Position numbers and translations under genes: made by a program. Shown piece after piece: positions 12,801-27,600 of a DNA stretch of 64,000 nt (position 1 is the stretch's first letter; every line of letters begins with the position of its first letter). The notes under the pieces are model-generated. The model saw only the letters and a program-made list of their open reading frames with translations. It did no database searches and had not been told where the DNA came from. Source of the stretch: Okamejei kenojei. Taxonomy: Eukaryota. The DNA is taken from positions 47,182,001-47,246,000 of the forward strand of contig CM069141.1 in NCBI GenBank assembly GCA_035221665.1. The letters are read 5' to 3'.

Positions 12801-15083
12801 AAAATAGAGCATAGAAACACACCCATCGACACACTGCGTCTACGCTGATAATAATGCTTATCTACATTAATTCAACACTTGCATATTTTACATATCCGTC
12901 AATTCCCTGCATTTTCACATTACCGTTAAGTACCTTTGACGCACATGCGTTTTCCTGTCTCGACCACCTATAACACCAATTCAATCCAGATGTAGTTCTT
13001 CTTTTCAGACATGATGAGACCGCCAGGCAGCTTTAAATCTCCTCCCTCTGATCTTAAAATTACAGCTGTATCATTTGCGTTCGTATCATTTGAAATGACA
13101 ACTGCCCGACCTGTGCCTCTCATTGTTGAATATATCGCTCTCATGACTTCCGTCAACGGTGTTCACTGCAGATAAACCAGTTCGCGCCTATACAATCTGC
13201 CATGCTAACGTAAACCCTCCGATCCTGGCAACGTTCTTGTAGTCTGACTTTCTCCCTCTCTGGCTTAAACAAACCCTTTCTGCAGTGTGCTGCATAGACC
13301 TGCACAGAATAATTCAAATCCAGCCAATAATTCAAATCCAGTTCAACTAAAACTCAATTCTTGCATTAAATACCGCTGCTAAGGTAGGCGACCATGCCAT
13401 ATGCCTTCATCACATCCCTGTCTACACATGTTCCCATTTAAACAAAATTCACCTTTGTTTTACCACATATCCACATCAGTTCGTTAACAGGAGCATGTCC
13501 CATTCCCTTGCTATTAGCCATTCATTAAATAAGCTATTGCAGAAACAATGAAGCATAGTTTGTCCTAACAGCTCCATTAACAACTGCGTATATTTGACTC
13601 CTTTATTCGCATCCTCACCTACTGAAAACAACTTATTTTCATTCTTTCACAGTATTTAGAAAGGATCTAAGACGTGATGCGATAATTTGATTACCTTCCT
13701 CGGGTGATATTTGAGTCGGTGGGTGTCTTCAGCAATTGCTAAATCACGATAGCAGCATGTTTCGTGTTTGGTGGAAGAATGGTTCCCAATCTCATCTATA
13801 GTTTTTCGTGTCGATTTTGATTTTTTGCAGGTTTTATTATAAATGTTGCATTGATATTTATTTTAAGATTTTATTTTTTGCTACTTTCGCGTGGTTCGGT
13901 TATTGAAATACCCCCCCCCCCTTGCTGTTACGGGATATTAAAATATAAATCCAGGAGCTAAATGGAGAATGTCGTCCAATAGACATCTATTTGACCTATT
14001 GCGGTATCAGAACTCTTCGCAAATCTTGCAACCAATGGAGATCATGACCAATGCATTTTTTTTGATTAACTTTGAATCCTCTGCGACTTGCCCCATTTGT
14101 AATTTGCCGGGATCATGCCCGACTTTGAGCATCCATTGTAAACTCCTTTAGCAGAGCTGCAACTACAGTTGTCTGAACACATTACAAATCAACGTTCACT
14201 GTAAATGCCATTTTACACAGTAATTATAGTTTTAACTAGGGCGCATTTTAAACAACCACCTGCAAATCGATGGGTAATCAAGTCATTTATTTGCAAATTT
14301 CGAAAACGGAACCATTGGATGGGAAAAAAATGAACCGTGGATTCACAAAGGAAATAATAATTCTAACGTTCACCAAATCTCCCGCGCTCAACCGTACACA
14401 AATACCTATGTTACATGCTTCCCCTAATATCCGTCCGGGTCTGCGGGTTATGTGTTTGTGAAACTGATGCATGCAAGATTTATTTTGCAACAATCCCTCA
14501 CCCTACCTTATCTGTGTCAACAAACTCGTCTTGACGTTGACGTGACGATGTCTTTACCCAATAATCACTTACTTCAAATAGGAATTTGCATCAACAATTG
14601 CCCAGTCGAAAGCATTATGTTCACGGATACCTTCTCCAATATCTGAAAAGTCATCATGCATTTTTTTCAGATTATATCCTCTGATTACGGTGGAGGCCAA
14701 ATTCGCATAAAATATTTTTGTTAGAAAAGGCATGGTAATAAACTTCACATGCCAAAAAAGGAAACATTACGTAATCAATATATGAATATATTTTCTTCCT
14801 ACCCTTATGTGCGTCTGCGAGAGTTCCAACAACTGTAGGTAAATTTATGTTTCCGATATGATAGGTTGCTTCATAGAAATACCGGAGCCATCCATTTATT
14901 CTTTATTGCAATATGACTACGCGACAGAACGTATTATCGTTCTGGGTCAAAAACCCTCGGAACATGTGAATTGCGAAGTTAAATGCTGCAAACAAAATAA
15001 AACCGTTGTTTAAAAAAAAAATACGTGTTATTGTTGCACACCTTTAAATAACAGCAGAGCAGTGCAGCTTTAAGAATTGTGGC

Positions 15084-15127
15084 TGCAATTGTCGAAAAGA
15101 ACTGGTCGTGTCGCTGTCCACCAATGA
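15084..15127 (+). promoter_or_regulatory. CSE/CGCT box of B1
   Basis: TGCAATTGTCGAAAAGAACTGGTCGTGTCGCTGTCCACCAATG. Confidence 0.8.
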
Positions 15128-15370
15128 GAAGCTCAAGTGCACAGATGGATCCATTGCCCCTTCCACATCCCAGAATAAAAACGTCAGACACGACGAGAGA
15201 GGCGAGCTGTGCCTGCGTTTGTATTGCTAATCAATGTTAGGAGGAAAATATCCCAACTGTTTCGATTCTGTATTTAGATTATATATATATAATTAAATCT
15301 TGTGCTTGGAACATTTTACAAATTACCCGAGGAAGAGGCCTGGTTTTGGACATTGACTGAGCGCGGAACA

Positions 15371-17463
15371 ATGGCGTACCGCCCGAGGTTTTTACTGTGT
15401 TGTGTGTGTTTATGAAATGTGCACCTGGTCTAATTTCCGGGCAAATACATTATTCTTTTCCCGAGGAAATGGCGCAGGGGGCATTTATTGGTTATATCGC
15501 CGAGGATTTGGGCTGAATGTATGGGAATTGTCTGCTCGCAAATTACGACTGATAATGGCGGACGGTACCTGAAGGTTAATTTGGAGAATGGAATATTGTA
15601 TCTTCGTGAAATAATCGATAGGGAACGTATTTGCGGACAGGACGATAAGTGTACTATACCTTTCGAAACAAAACTGGAAAATCCTTCCGAGGTGCATCGC
15701 GGAAAAATCGAGATTGTTGATGTAAATGACAATGGGACCACTTTCCCGCACAACAGCATTGTCCTCCAGATATCGGAAGCGAGCGCACCCGGTCTACGTT
15801 TCCGTCTCGAGAGCGCAGATGATGCTGACATTGGACATTGACAGTGGCCGCCTACACAATCAGTTCCAGTGCGTTCTTTAGTCTAAAAACACTGAAAACC
15901 GATGACGGGTTTATAATCGCCGAAGTGCTGTTGGAGAAATCTTTGGACCGAGAGCTGCAATCATCATTTCAACTATGTTTATGCGAATGACGGTGGGACC
16001 CCTCAGAGATAAGGCACAACTCAGATTCTCATTTCTGTATTGGACTTCAATGATAATCAGTCTGTGTTCGATCGTGATATTTACAGCGGAAGCGTAAGCG
16101 AGAACTCCACCAAAGGTACCTCAGTGATGAAAGTCAAAGCAAATGATATGGACGAAGACTGAATGCTAAGATAACATATTTGTTTAGTGATGTTGCCGTG
16201 CGAAAAGTTGTACGTAATTTGTACCGTATTAGACCAGATACAGGGGAGATTCGCATTGAAGGGCCCTTGGATTTTGAACAAGTAAACGGCTATGCTCTAG
16301 ATTTTAAAGCTGTGGACCACGGCTCGCCTGCAATGACTGGACACTACAATGTGCTGATCAAAGTAATTGATGTGAACGATAAATGCACGCGATAGAGGTG
16401 ACATCAGCTTCTAAACTAAATCCTGGCAAAATGTCCTGCCAGGAACTTTCGTAACTTGACCATTAACATTCATGGACTCGAGATTCTGGAGAGTAACGGC
16501 CAAGTCCTTACTCCAGATCCAAATAACATTTCATTTAAAACTACACATCAGCGACGGACATCATTACAAATTACTTACCAATGAAATATTTGATCTTGAC
16601 CTGATATTGTGTCTACAATACTTATTATTCAGCTTTGGGCACAAGGGGAGTGCATCACTGTCTGCAAATATACATTATATTCAATTTCAGACGATAATGC
16701 TAACAGTCGCGGTTGTGACTTTCTACAAATTTTTCCAGTAAACTGAAGATCCTGCTTGGCAGCGATTCTTCAGATTCCTAACGTTTTCTGGAGAATCAAG
16801 TAACCAATGTATCGAGTCAACATTGACCATAAATTTACTGTGAAGGTACAATTTACGCGTGTAGTTTGTTAAGAGCATCTCACAAAAATCAGATACCGCC
16901 AGAAGCCGTGACTTGGCGGTGTCGCATGGTAGAGTCCCGGTGCATGTGATAATTTTGGATTCTAAATGACAACGCTCGAGTAATTGGTTTCAATCGGAAA
17001 AGGTGGCTTCAGCAAAGCGGAGATCGTAGCTGTGGTCCGGTCAAGGGTACTTGGTCTGCAAAGATAATGTGCACAGGTGCAGATTCTGGTCAGAATGGCG
17101 CGCTCTTTTATCAAGATGATGAATCTATTTGTTCAATGATGCAAAATTCGGTTAAATAAGATCTGCGGAGCGCAAATTTTGCGGTCAGGATGTACTACAC
17201 AAACTCATTTTGGGTCATCTTGGTAAGGACACCTGGGAAAAGCCTTTCAGCGCGTAAAATGAACATTTAGAGTTTGGGAGGACGCTGAAAAATGTCCGAT
17301 GTGGTAGCTTAGTGAAATCTGGTGTTTTTTTGCTCAAATGTTATTTACTCGTCTTTTCAGTTGCCCGTTTTCCGTGTCTTTTCTGATATCGTTTGTTGTT
17401 TGCCATAAGTGTATCACAGGACAGAAAGTAACAGGACAGAGGTCCTCTCTTCAGTCATCATGA
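15371..17463 (+). pseudogene. Protocadherin B1, disrupted; 3' half is very error-rich
   Basis: Collinear with B3 from the ATG at 15371. Indels and stops occur in the 5' half, and indels become dense after ~16380. Confidence 0.75.
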
Positions 17464-19402
17464 TGGTATTTTAATGAATGGCACTTTATTATGAATCTTA
17501 TTCTATACAAATTTATGAAAGGTTGTGTAATGTAACATTTCAGTACTAAGGTAACGTTTCTGTCTGAAGGGTGGTTGATCGAAATTCGCTACCCCCCCTC
17601 CAACTTATAATTCCAGTTGCTGCTAGGAAGGGCGGTTGGTGTAATGGTCCGAACATTAAGTATCTACCACTGCACATCCGTATAACTAGCGCCCGAATTT
17701 TCTCGGGGAATTTATATTTGCCCCTTGAATGGGGTAGGAAACATGCAATCACGCCTTCATGTAGAATGGTACAATGTTATTTGTTCAAATTAGGAAACGA
17801 TTGTTTGTTCTGGATTAATCTGGTTGCTAATGTGTTACTATTGGCAACCAATCCACAAGAGCCTACATCCGCTAAGATAAACCAAGTGATAAAAAAAAGT
17901 TCAAATTACTAAAACAAGTCATTTTCAAATGAAGACAACATTATTGAATACAATATATTGATGCTGCTTTGTTGTGGGGGGGGGGGGGGTTGCCGAACGA
18001 GGTGACTGGGAAGAAAGGCGATAGTGTTCAGCGTAGACGTTGCTGCGTCAATATCTCTAATTCCTCATGGCACAAATATTTGAAGACTACCATCTGGAAA
18101 AGCCTCCGGGACTGTCAAGCGCCCAGCCAGACTAAAAAACAGCTTTTATTCCCAAGAGTGTAGCTTAAATAACCAACAAGTCTCTAGCTGTTTGTTGGTA
18201 ATTTTATTTCATTACATGTTTAAACTGTAATGTCTTTAATTTTATGTTTAATGTGTTATGTATCTTATTGTGAAACTCGACTGAGAGAGATCGAAGCCGA
18301 TATTGTCGCAAGGTAAATTATGTATGTTATATACTTTAGCAATAAACCTTATTATATAATTTTATCAACGAAGAGAACCGGTTCATTGTGATACGGCTAC
18401 TGTCTACGGATTTTGTACGCCCACTATGTGATCGCGTGAGTGTCTAGACATCTTGTTCATCCTGTGCAGCCTCTAGCTCAATTCTTGGTATCCACAATCC
18501 ATCGCTTATCACTTTTTTCGGACAAACAACATGCCGTGATGTTCTTACACTTTGTTATTGGTGTCGGGTCTGTGATTTGTTCTGAACATTTTTTACTATA
18601 GTTTTACTCTCTCTTAACACTCGTTGTGGAGGGTCGACCGAATAAAGGTCATCTATTCGTTTTCACAAGAGGAAAGCTGCCTGACCTGCGGGAGATAGTC
18701 CACAAAATGGGGTATTATTTTCACGTGGTATCAAATCTGGAGGAATTCAAGTGCTATTTCTGTTTGCAAATAATTTAATCCAACATTTCAGTATGTTAAG
18801 CCTTTTTGTTTTCTGACTTTCACGAATGTTGGCAACGGACACGAAAGGGGGTCGCGATTGAAAAAACGACTTCATTTAATGGACGTTGGCACCGTCTGGA
18901 CGCAGTAATGTCGTCCGGTTATTTCACTATTTTGCATTGAGTGTAGATACATAGAAAAAATCGAGTCGGAGGGGGCCCTTTGGCACGCGATTCATGTGCT
19001 CATGCTGATCATCAAATCAGTAACCGTGCCTTGCTTCTCGTATCCCTTGATTCCGTAACCTTAGAGATTAATTCTAATCTTTTAAATTACAGTGAATTTG
19101 CAATCCGATTTTTTTGGTTTGCAGAAGAATTCACAATTCACAAGATCTCTGAGTGCAAGAGTTTTGTTTTTCTATGAGTATTACAAGGCTTTTTCTTTTA
19201 TTCTAGCTGTGACCGGTGGGACATCGAAACATTGGAACATTCTTTTTATATCTAGTTGTCCAGTCTTTATAATTGTATTTTTCTTCTTTTGCAGTACATG
19301 ATGTGACGCTGGAATCCTTAAATTCTCTCTGATCTTAAACTCAATCTTCTACTAATTGAGTGAGCATTTTGAAATGTCTATTGGAATATATCTCACTCTA
19401 TG

Positions 19403-19902
19403 NNNNNNNNNNNNNNNNNNNNNNNNNNNNNNNNNNNNNNNNNNNNNNNNNNNNNNNNNNNNNNNNNNNNNNNNNNNNNNNNNNNNNNNNNNNNNNNNNN
19501 NNNNNNNNNNNNNNNNNNNNNNNNNNNNNNNNNNNNNNNNNNNNNNNNNNNNNNNNNNNNNNNNNNNNNNNNNNNNNNNNNNNNNNNNNNNNNNNNNNNN
19601 NNNNNNNNNNNNNNNNNNNNNNNNNNNNNNNNNNNNNNNNNNNNNNNNNNNNNNNNNNNNNNNNNNNNNNNNNNNNNNNNNNNNNNNNNNNNNNNNNNNN
19701 NNNNNNNNNNNNNNNNNNNNNNNNNNNNNNNNNNNNNNNNNNNNNNNNNNNNNNNNNNNNNNNNNNNNNNNNNNNNNNNNNNNNNNNNNNNNNNNNNNNN
19801 NNNNNNNNNNNNNNNNNNNNNNNNNNNNNNNNNNNNNNNNNNNNNNNNNNNNNNNNNNNNNNNNNNNNNNNNNNNNNNNNNNNNNNNNNNNNNNNNNNNN
19901 NN
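19403..19902. other. Assembly gap (500 N)
   Basis: Run of N. Confidence 1.
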
Positions 19903-19929
19903 CTTCGACCGGGGGGGGGGGGGGGGGGC

Positions 19930-21164
19930 GCAGCTCAGTTCGTGTCCAGGTTTTGGAAGGAGTTTTGTTCCTCTGTTGGACGCTACGGTCAGCTCTTACA
20001 TTTGGTTATCAACCACCATTTTTCCCTGCTGTGGAGGGAGGAAAGGAGGAGTCCGGTGCCCTACGCTCGGCTTGATCCGTCGCTGTCACACAGGTTTGGA
20101 TTGGGGCTCGGTTCAGATGCTGTTGCAGCAGTTCTGCGCGTTACAGAGGAGATGGTGATCGTGGAAGACGACTGTCTCCAGTATACCTGCTGGGACAATT
20201 GGGTGGCTCTCATTGGAAATAACCTCTGAGGATGGAATCCTGAAGCTGCTCCCTCATTTTGTTGGTCCATGCCCAATCTCGAAGGTCATCAATCCATGTG
20301 GCAGTTTCGTCTTCAGACTCCCCCGTGCCATGGAGGGTCACCCACTTTCCCATTCTCCCGACTGAAGCCAGTTAAGGAGAGATTCCTTTTCCCTGCCTCC
20401 ACACACCCTCCGCCCCCCCCCCCCCCCCGTTCCTTGATGGGGTCGAGTTGGTTTACGCCTCAGCCCGTTGCTGGGATGCGTCTGCATGGTCGTGGTTGTC
20501 AGATCAGGTAGATTGGAGGTTATGGACCTGAGAGCGGTCATGGGTGCCGGCTCGCAACATATGCGACCCAGAACTTATCAGGGAATATCGGCGCCAACAT
20601 CCTGACGATCCTGGGGCCTTCAGGAGCCGGCCGGGAGGGGGGTGGGGGGGGGGGGGGGGGGGGGGGGGGGGGTGGGGGGGGTGGGGGGGGGGGGGGGGGG
20701 GGGGGAGTTACTGTCAGTCTCCGTTTTAAGCTAGTTTCTGTTCCTTATGGTTTTCAGTATTTGAGTTTGATTCTTTGTTTTATTTGTTGCCTCACATCTC
20801 TCTTGTTCAGGTGCCATTTCTGTCAGGTTGTTTACCATCATGTGATTGTTGACCCCCGCCCTGAATGTGTTTCACACTGTGTCTCGTTTCCCATGTTAAG
20901 TCGTATTTAAGCCTTGTGTTTTAGGTTTATTTGCCAGTTTCGTAGTGTATCTACCGGTATCCACCCTCTTCAGCCTCAGAATATTGTGACTTTGTGTACT
21001 CGAACCCACGCCCTGTTTTTCGACCACTGTTTTTGCCTTCTGTCTAATTACGTTGCTTCATGTTTGCTTACTGTTACCTACTTGGACCGATTAAACTCGA
21101 ATAACGGATCTTCCCTAAGTCTGACCTCATTTGTGTCCCTACTTCTCGTTCAGTTTTTCTGACA
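19930..21164 (+). mobile_element. 3' part of a Ty3/gypsy chromovirus (integrase end, chromodomain, PPT, 3' LTR at 20712-21164)
   Basis: Degenerate ...SRLKPV...PPPP...RGRGCQ..VDW.GYGPE..SWVPARNI.DPELIREY chromodomain, then a G-rich PPT and a TGTCA...TGACA LTR. Host sequence resumes at GCTGT, matching the paralog at ~2070. Confidence 0.8.
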
Positions 21165-24100
21165 GCTGTTTGTCAACAACCGACCAACAAGTGAACCACA
21201 TTAGTTTGGGAAACTGGTGAGTAGCAGAAGTAAGGAGGAAACAATGTGTGAAGTATCATTATGGTGGCCATTGCTCCCTAACGAATAGTAAACTGCTCAC
21301 CGTACCCAGAAATCGGCAGAGATCAGGTGTCAAACCTGCTTGTCCCATTCCACTAACTACTGTCACATTCAATGCAATTCACTGGGCAAAGATTCCCCTT
21401 CCCTGTCGTTCAGAAATTGACAAATAAAAACCCTTCACTAATCCCTGTTCTCGCTTTGCTAACCACTCACCCTTTCCGTTGGCAGTTTCCCAGATAACAC
21501 AAAATATGTAACGTTCTTATACAGTAACAATTTCCCTTGCCTTACAGGAGCAAAACATCTTCCCGTAAAGCAGTGATCTGCTTGCACGTGTTTCAGATAA
21601 TGTAGATGTTAGGTCTTCCCAATGCGTGGCACAGCCTTGAGAATTGGAGCACAGTTTAGGCCACTGCACAATCGAGCTTGCTTCCGTCATTCGATCGAGG
21701 TTGGTATATTTCCCCTCTCTCCTCCCTTAGCCTTTTATGCCCTTCTGATCAAGAACTTATTAATCTCTGCCTTAGCAATATACTATAACGACTTCGACAT
21801 AAAATTGTGGCACTTAATTCCTCAGATGCACCATCCATTGGATAAAAAATTCTTATGGATCACCATTCTAAATGTGCGGCATTTTCTTGTGAGGCTGTGC
21901 CCCATTTTCCTAGATTATCTCACAAATATCTTCCCCTCATCCATTCCATCTAGATCGCTTAGTCCTGCGGTTAGACTGCAGCAAAGAAATAATGAAAATG
22001 ACTTTCCGGTTACTACCAAAATTCATTCTGAAAGTCGCCAGCAACTGATCTTTCTGCATATTACCACTAGCGCTGTTGGAGCGAGGGCAAGGTTAAGGCA
22101 CACGCTTAGAAGCCAGTTCCTCGCCTTTCGTATGGACAAGTTGCAACCTGACCCCTCCTGTTTGTTTTCATTATTGCTTAGTTTTTTTTCTTCATTTTGC
22201 ATTTTGCTGAAGAGCATAGAAACAGACCAGTCGCTTACCACATCTACACGAACCACCGTGTTTATTTGTATTAATTACACTCTTCCGTGAATTCCGTCAC
22301 GATCAGTGTCTACTAATTCCCACACCCGTTAAGTACCATACATATAGTTATATGTCCTGTCTCCACCACCTGCATTGGAACTTCGTTATTTGAAATTCTA
22401 AACGTCAGTTCCAGGTTAAGCATATTCCATCTGAAAATTATTTCGGCCTCCCCAGCCACTGGAAAAGACTGTCTACCGTATTTGTGCCTCACTTGATTGT
22501 CCATATCTCCATCATATCACTTCTCAGCTGCGTTGGCTCCAAAAAATACGGATCCAGCCAACACAATCTCCCCTGATTGCGCAAACATAATCCTGGCAAC
22601 GTTCCTAGGAGTCTATCCTGGTCGCTCTCTGGCGTAACCAAACGTTTCCACAATGTGCTAAGTCGACCGGCACACAATAATTCAAATTCTTAAGCAATGT
22701 TTTCTTCAAATGTAACAGAAAAGCTCAACTCCGTACCTCAGCCGATGTATGCAAACGTGCCACATCGTTGTCTACCCGTGTTCCCATTTTAAAGAACAAT
22801 TTTATTTTACCACAAATCCCCATCCGTTCGATATCACTCCGGAAGACTTTGCAATGCACAGTCTGTAGTTTTGCCCGCTGAACATGCCCCATCCCCTTGC
22901 TATAGATATTCATCACAGAAGCAATGAAAATTAATTTGTCCCAACAGCTCTTCCGACTACTGTCCATTACTTCCTATCTGCAGAGCTGCTCAAAATTAAC
23001 TTATTTTCATTAATTCCTAGTTCTGATAAAGGATCCCAGACCTGAAGCGTTAATTGTATTTCTTTCGGCAGGTGAACCAATTAGTGTTTTCAGCATGTTC
23101 AGTTGTTGACGCGCACGAAATGTCATAGTTGGCTCCTCTGAGTCATTACATGGACTCTCATTTAACATGCAGCGGAACTTATTTACCACAATACCAGAAT
23201 GCGATGGTATATCTGTTTCCAATATTGAAATACAGTTTGATTAACATCCTATCCTCCACGACATAAATAATGTGTTCCATCACCGTTTTGACGAGACCAA
23301 ACTGCAATTGGTTGATCACACTATAATCAATTTCTGCAACTCTGGGATAAAGGGATATTACGAGTGACGGTGAAGTAAAGTTGAAATTATATCGCTCTTG
23401 GAAGGGCTGTGGAATCCATATCAAGTAAGGGTTGGAACTTCAACGAATGGAGTGTATCAAATGACTGCGCGTATAAAGGTTGTTGCAGCCTTCAATGTGG
23501 GAAAAGAACGCAGAGGTTTGGAGTCTGCCATGAGGATAAGATTTTTCTATTTTACCCACTGTTTCTGTTTCAAAGGAAATGTATCTGTCTGTTTCTGGGA
23601 AATCAATTCAAAAGATGTCGCATGTCAACTAAGACACAGAAGATGACAGTTCTGCAATTCCGAATGGCATTTACCGAAAAGGGCATTTTACAGGATATAT
23701 CTGGTAACAGGGTAATAATGTCTTCTCGGGCGCATTTTAAATGAGCAACGATGCGTGGATGAATGGGTAATTGTGTGGTTTAGTTTCCAATTGAAATAAA
23801 GGATCCTTTGCAATAAACCCAGAAATGAAACGAAGATTGTCAAGGTAAATAAGAATAAAAAGTCAAATCTTCACAATTTTTTCCACGCCCAACCAGACAT
23901 GGACACCTGTTTTTTCTGATTCCTACAATATCAATCGGGGTCTGCTGGGTCATGTGCCTGTGAAGTTGTTGCAAACAAAATTTAAAACGCAGCAGGACCT
24001 CACCTTACATATGCATGTGTTAGCAAACCAAAGATGAAATGGACGTGACGATGCCTTTCTCCAGGAATCACGTCCTTGAAACAAGAGTTTGGTTCAACAA

Positions 24101-24284
24101 TTACTTCATGGAAAGCGTAATGTGCACGAACACCAACTTCAAAGTTTGGAAAGTTGCATTGATATTCTCATGATTATTTATGTGATTGCGTTTATGTGTT
24201 GTCCGTATGTTATGTATTGTTTGCTTTACGTTCTGAAATTGTTGGCTACTGGACATCTGAATTTCCTTGAGGGGATTAATAAAG

Positions 24285-24353
<69 letters not shown>
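24285..24353 (+). repeat. (TCTG)n microsatellite, tail of a short retroposon 3' end
   Basis: About 17 TCTG units following GGGATTAATAAAG. Confidence 0.9.
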
Positions 24354-24667
24354 TAGCTCAACTTTACACCAAAAATAATGTTTGTGGAAGAGGCATAATA
24401 ATAGAATTCGCATGTCAAAGAAAGGAAAATTATGAAGTCGTTAAATGAATATATGTGTGCTACCATGAGGTGCGCATGGAGGATCTGCACGTAAAGATCA
24501 CGTATCTGATATAATACGTTGAAACTCAACAACACTGATGCCATCTATTAATTCGGTATTGCCTTTTGAGTGAGACAACAGATCGTGATAATATTTTCCA
24601 TCAAAAACCCCCTTTGCATGTGCTTCCGCTGAGTTTCGAAGTTAAATGCAGAAAGCTCGCATTTTAA

Positions 24668-27600
24668 TGTGTTGGCTACTGCCCTGCCACATTAGATTTA
24701 AACTAATGTGGCAGAGGGATGGGTACAAGAGCAGAGAGGCAGGTGGGTGTAAAATGAGGGTAGAAGCAATAGGGAGCAAGGCGAAAAGTAAAAGTGGCAG
24801 GCAGACAAAACCAGGGCAAAAATCAAAAAGGGCCACTTTTCAACATAATTGTATAAGGGGTAAGCGCGTTGTAGAAACAAGCCTGAAGGCTTTGTGTCTC
24901 AATGCAAGGGGTATTCGTAATAAGGTGGATGAGTTTAACGTGCAGATAGCTTTTAATGATTATGATATAGTTGGGATCACGGAGACATGGCTCCAGGGTG
25001 ACCAAGGCTGGGAGCTGAACATCCAAGGATATTCAATATTCAGGAGGGATAGAGAGAAAGGAAAATGAGATGGGGTAGCTTGCTGGTTAGAGAGGAGATT
25101 AACGCAATGGAAAGGAAGGACATTAGCTTGGAGGATGTGGAATCGGTATGGGTAGAGCTGCGAAACACTAAGGGGGAAGGGCAGAAAACTTCTGGTGGGT
25201 GTTGTGTACAGGCCACCTAACAGTAGTAGTGAAGTTGCGGATGGTATCAAACAGGACATTAGAAATGCATGCGACAAAGGCAAAACAGTTATAATGGGTG
25301 ACTTCAATCTGCATACAGATTGGGTGAATCAAATTGGCAGGGGTGCTGAGGAAGAGGATTTTTTGGAATGTATGCGGGATAGTTATCTAAATCAACAGGT
25401 AGATGAACCAACGAGAGAGCAGGCTATTTTAGACTGGGTATTGAGTAATGAGGAAGGGTTAGTTAGCAGTCTTGTTGTACGTGCCCCTTGGACAAGAGTG
25501 ACCAGGGGTTGGACAGGCTAGATGCAGGAAGATTGTTCCCGATGTTGGGGAAGTCCAGGACAAGGGGTCACAGCTTAAGGATAAGGGGGAAATCCTTTAA
25601 GACCGAGATGAGAAAGACTTTTTTTCACACAGAGAGTGGTGAGTCTCTGGAACTCTCTGCCACAGAGGGTAGTTGAGGCCAGTTCTTTGGCTATATTTAA
25701 GAGTGAGTTGGATGTGGCCCTTGTGGCTAAGGGGATCAGAGGGTATGGAGAGAAGGCAGGTACGGGATACTGAGTTGGATGATCAGCCATGATCATATTG
25801 AATGGCAGTGCAGGCTCGAAGGGCTGAATGGCCTACTCCTGCACCTAATTTCTATGTTTCTATGTTTCTATGACCATAATATGGTCGAGTTCTTCATTGG
25901 GATGGAGAGTGACATTGTTAATTCAGAAACAATGGTTCTGAACTTAAAAAAAGGTAACTTTTAGGGTATGAGACGTGAATTGGCCAAGATTGACTGGCAA
26001 TCAATTCTAAAAGGGTTGACGATGGATATGCAATGGAATACATTTAAAGACTGCATGGATGAACTACAAAAATTGTTCATCCCAGTCTGGCAAAATAATA
26101 AATCAGGGAAGGAAGTGCATCCGTGGATAACAAGGGAAATCAGGGATATTATCAAAGCATAGGGTGATGCGTACAAAGTAGCCAGAAAAAGCAGCATACC
26201 AGAGGGAGAAATTCAGAGACCAGCAGAGGACGACAAAGGGCTTAATTAGGAAAGGAAACATAGATTATGAAAGAAAACTGGCAGCGAACATAAAAACTGA
26301 CTGCAATTTTTTTTATAGATATGTGAAGAGAAAGAGATTAGTTAAAACAAATGTAGGTCCCTTGCAGTCAGAAACAGGTGAGTTGATCATGGTGAACAAC
26401 GATATGGCGGACCAATTGAATACCTATTTTGGTTCTGTCTTCACTAATGAAGACAAATAATCTGCCGGAAATAGCAGGGGACCGCGGGTCAAAGGAGGAA
26501 TTGAGTGAAATCCAGGTTAGTCGGGAAGTGGTGTTGGGTAAAGTGAATGGATTAAAGGCTGTTAAATCTCCAGGGCCAGATAGGCTGCATCCCAGAGTCC
26601 TTAAGGAAGTAGCTCCGGAAATAGTGGATGCATTAGTGATAATCTTTCAAACCCTTTAGATTCTGGAGTAGTTCCTGAGGATTGGCGGGTAGCAAACGTA
26701 ACCCCTCTTTTTAAGAAGGGAGGGAGAGAGAAAACGGGGAATTACAGACCAGTTAGTCTAACATCGGTAGTGGGGAAACTGCTAGAGTCAGTTATTAAAG
26801 ATGGGATAGCAGCACATTTGGAAAGTGGTGAAATCATTGGACAAAGTCAGCATGGATTTACGAAAGGTAAATCATGTCTGACGAATCTTGTGGAATTTTT
26901 CGAGGATGTATCTAGTATCGTGGATAGGGGAGAACCAGTGGATGTGGTGTATCTGGATTTCCAGAAGGCTTTCGACAAGGTCCCATATAAGAGATTAGTA
27001 TACAAACTTAAAGCATACGGCATTTTGGTTTCAGTATTGATGTGGATAGAGAACTGGCTGGCAAACAGGAAGCAAAGAGTAGGATTAAACGGGTCCTTTT
27101 CACAATGGCAGGCAGTGACTTGTGGGGTACCGCAAGGCTCAGTGCTGGGACCCCAGCTATTTACAATATATATTAATGATCTGGATGAGGGAATTGAAGG
27201 CAATATCTCCACGTTTGCGGATGACACTAAGCTGGGGGGCAGTGTTACCTGTGAGGAGGATGTTAGCAGACTGCAAGGTGACTTGGATAGGCTGGGTGAG
27301 TGGGCAAATGTTTGGCAGATGGAATATAATGTGGATAGATGTGAGGTTATCCACTTTGGTGTCAAAAACAGGAAAGCAGACTAAATGGTGGCCGATTAGG
27401 ATATGGGGAGATGCAGCGAGACCTGGGTGTCATGGTACACCAGTCATTGAAAGTAGGCATGCAGGTGCAGCACGCAGTGAAGAAAGCGAATGGTATGTTA
27501 ACTTTCATAGCAAAATGATTTGAGTATAGGAGCAGGGAGGTTCTACTTCAGTTGTATAGGGTCTGGGTGAGACCACACGTGGAGTATTGCGTACAGTTCT

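Noticed and set aside
7177-20229. Long ORFs spanning the N-gaps
   Set aside because: Artefacts of translating N.
20632-20706. Long G-run as a G-quadruplex element or Gly-rich ORF; also C/G runs at ~13912, 35496, 39449 and 51430
   Set aside because: These are homopolymer expansions at a PPT or pre-existing run, several in low-quality sequence, and their lengths are unreliable.
22336-22349. TACATA at the Tc1-empty paralogous site as an excision footprint
   Set aside because: It has the same length as the reconstructed pre-insertion site (CCATATATATAGTT), so one substitution explains it.
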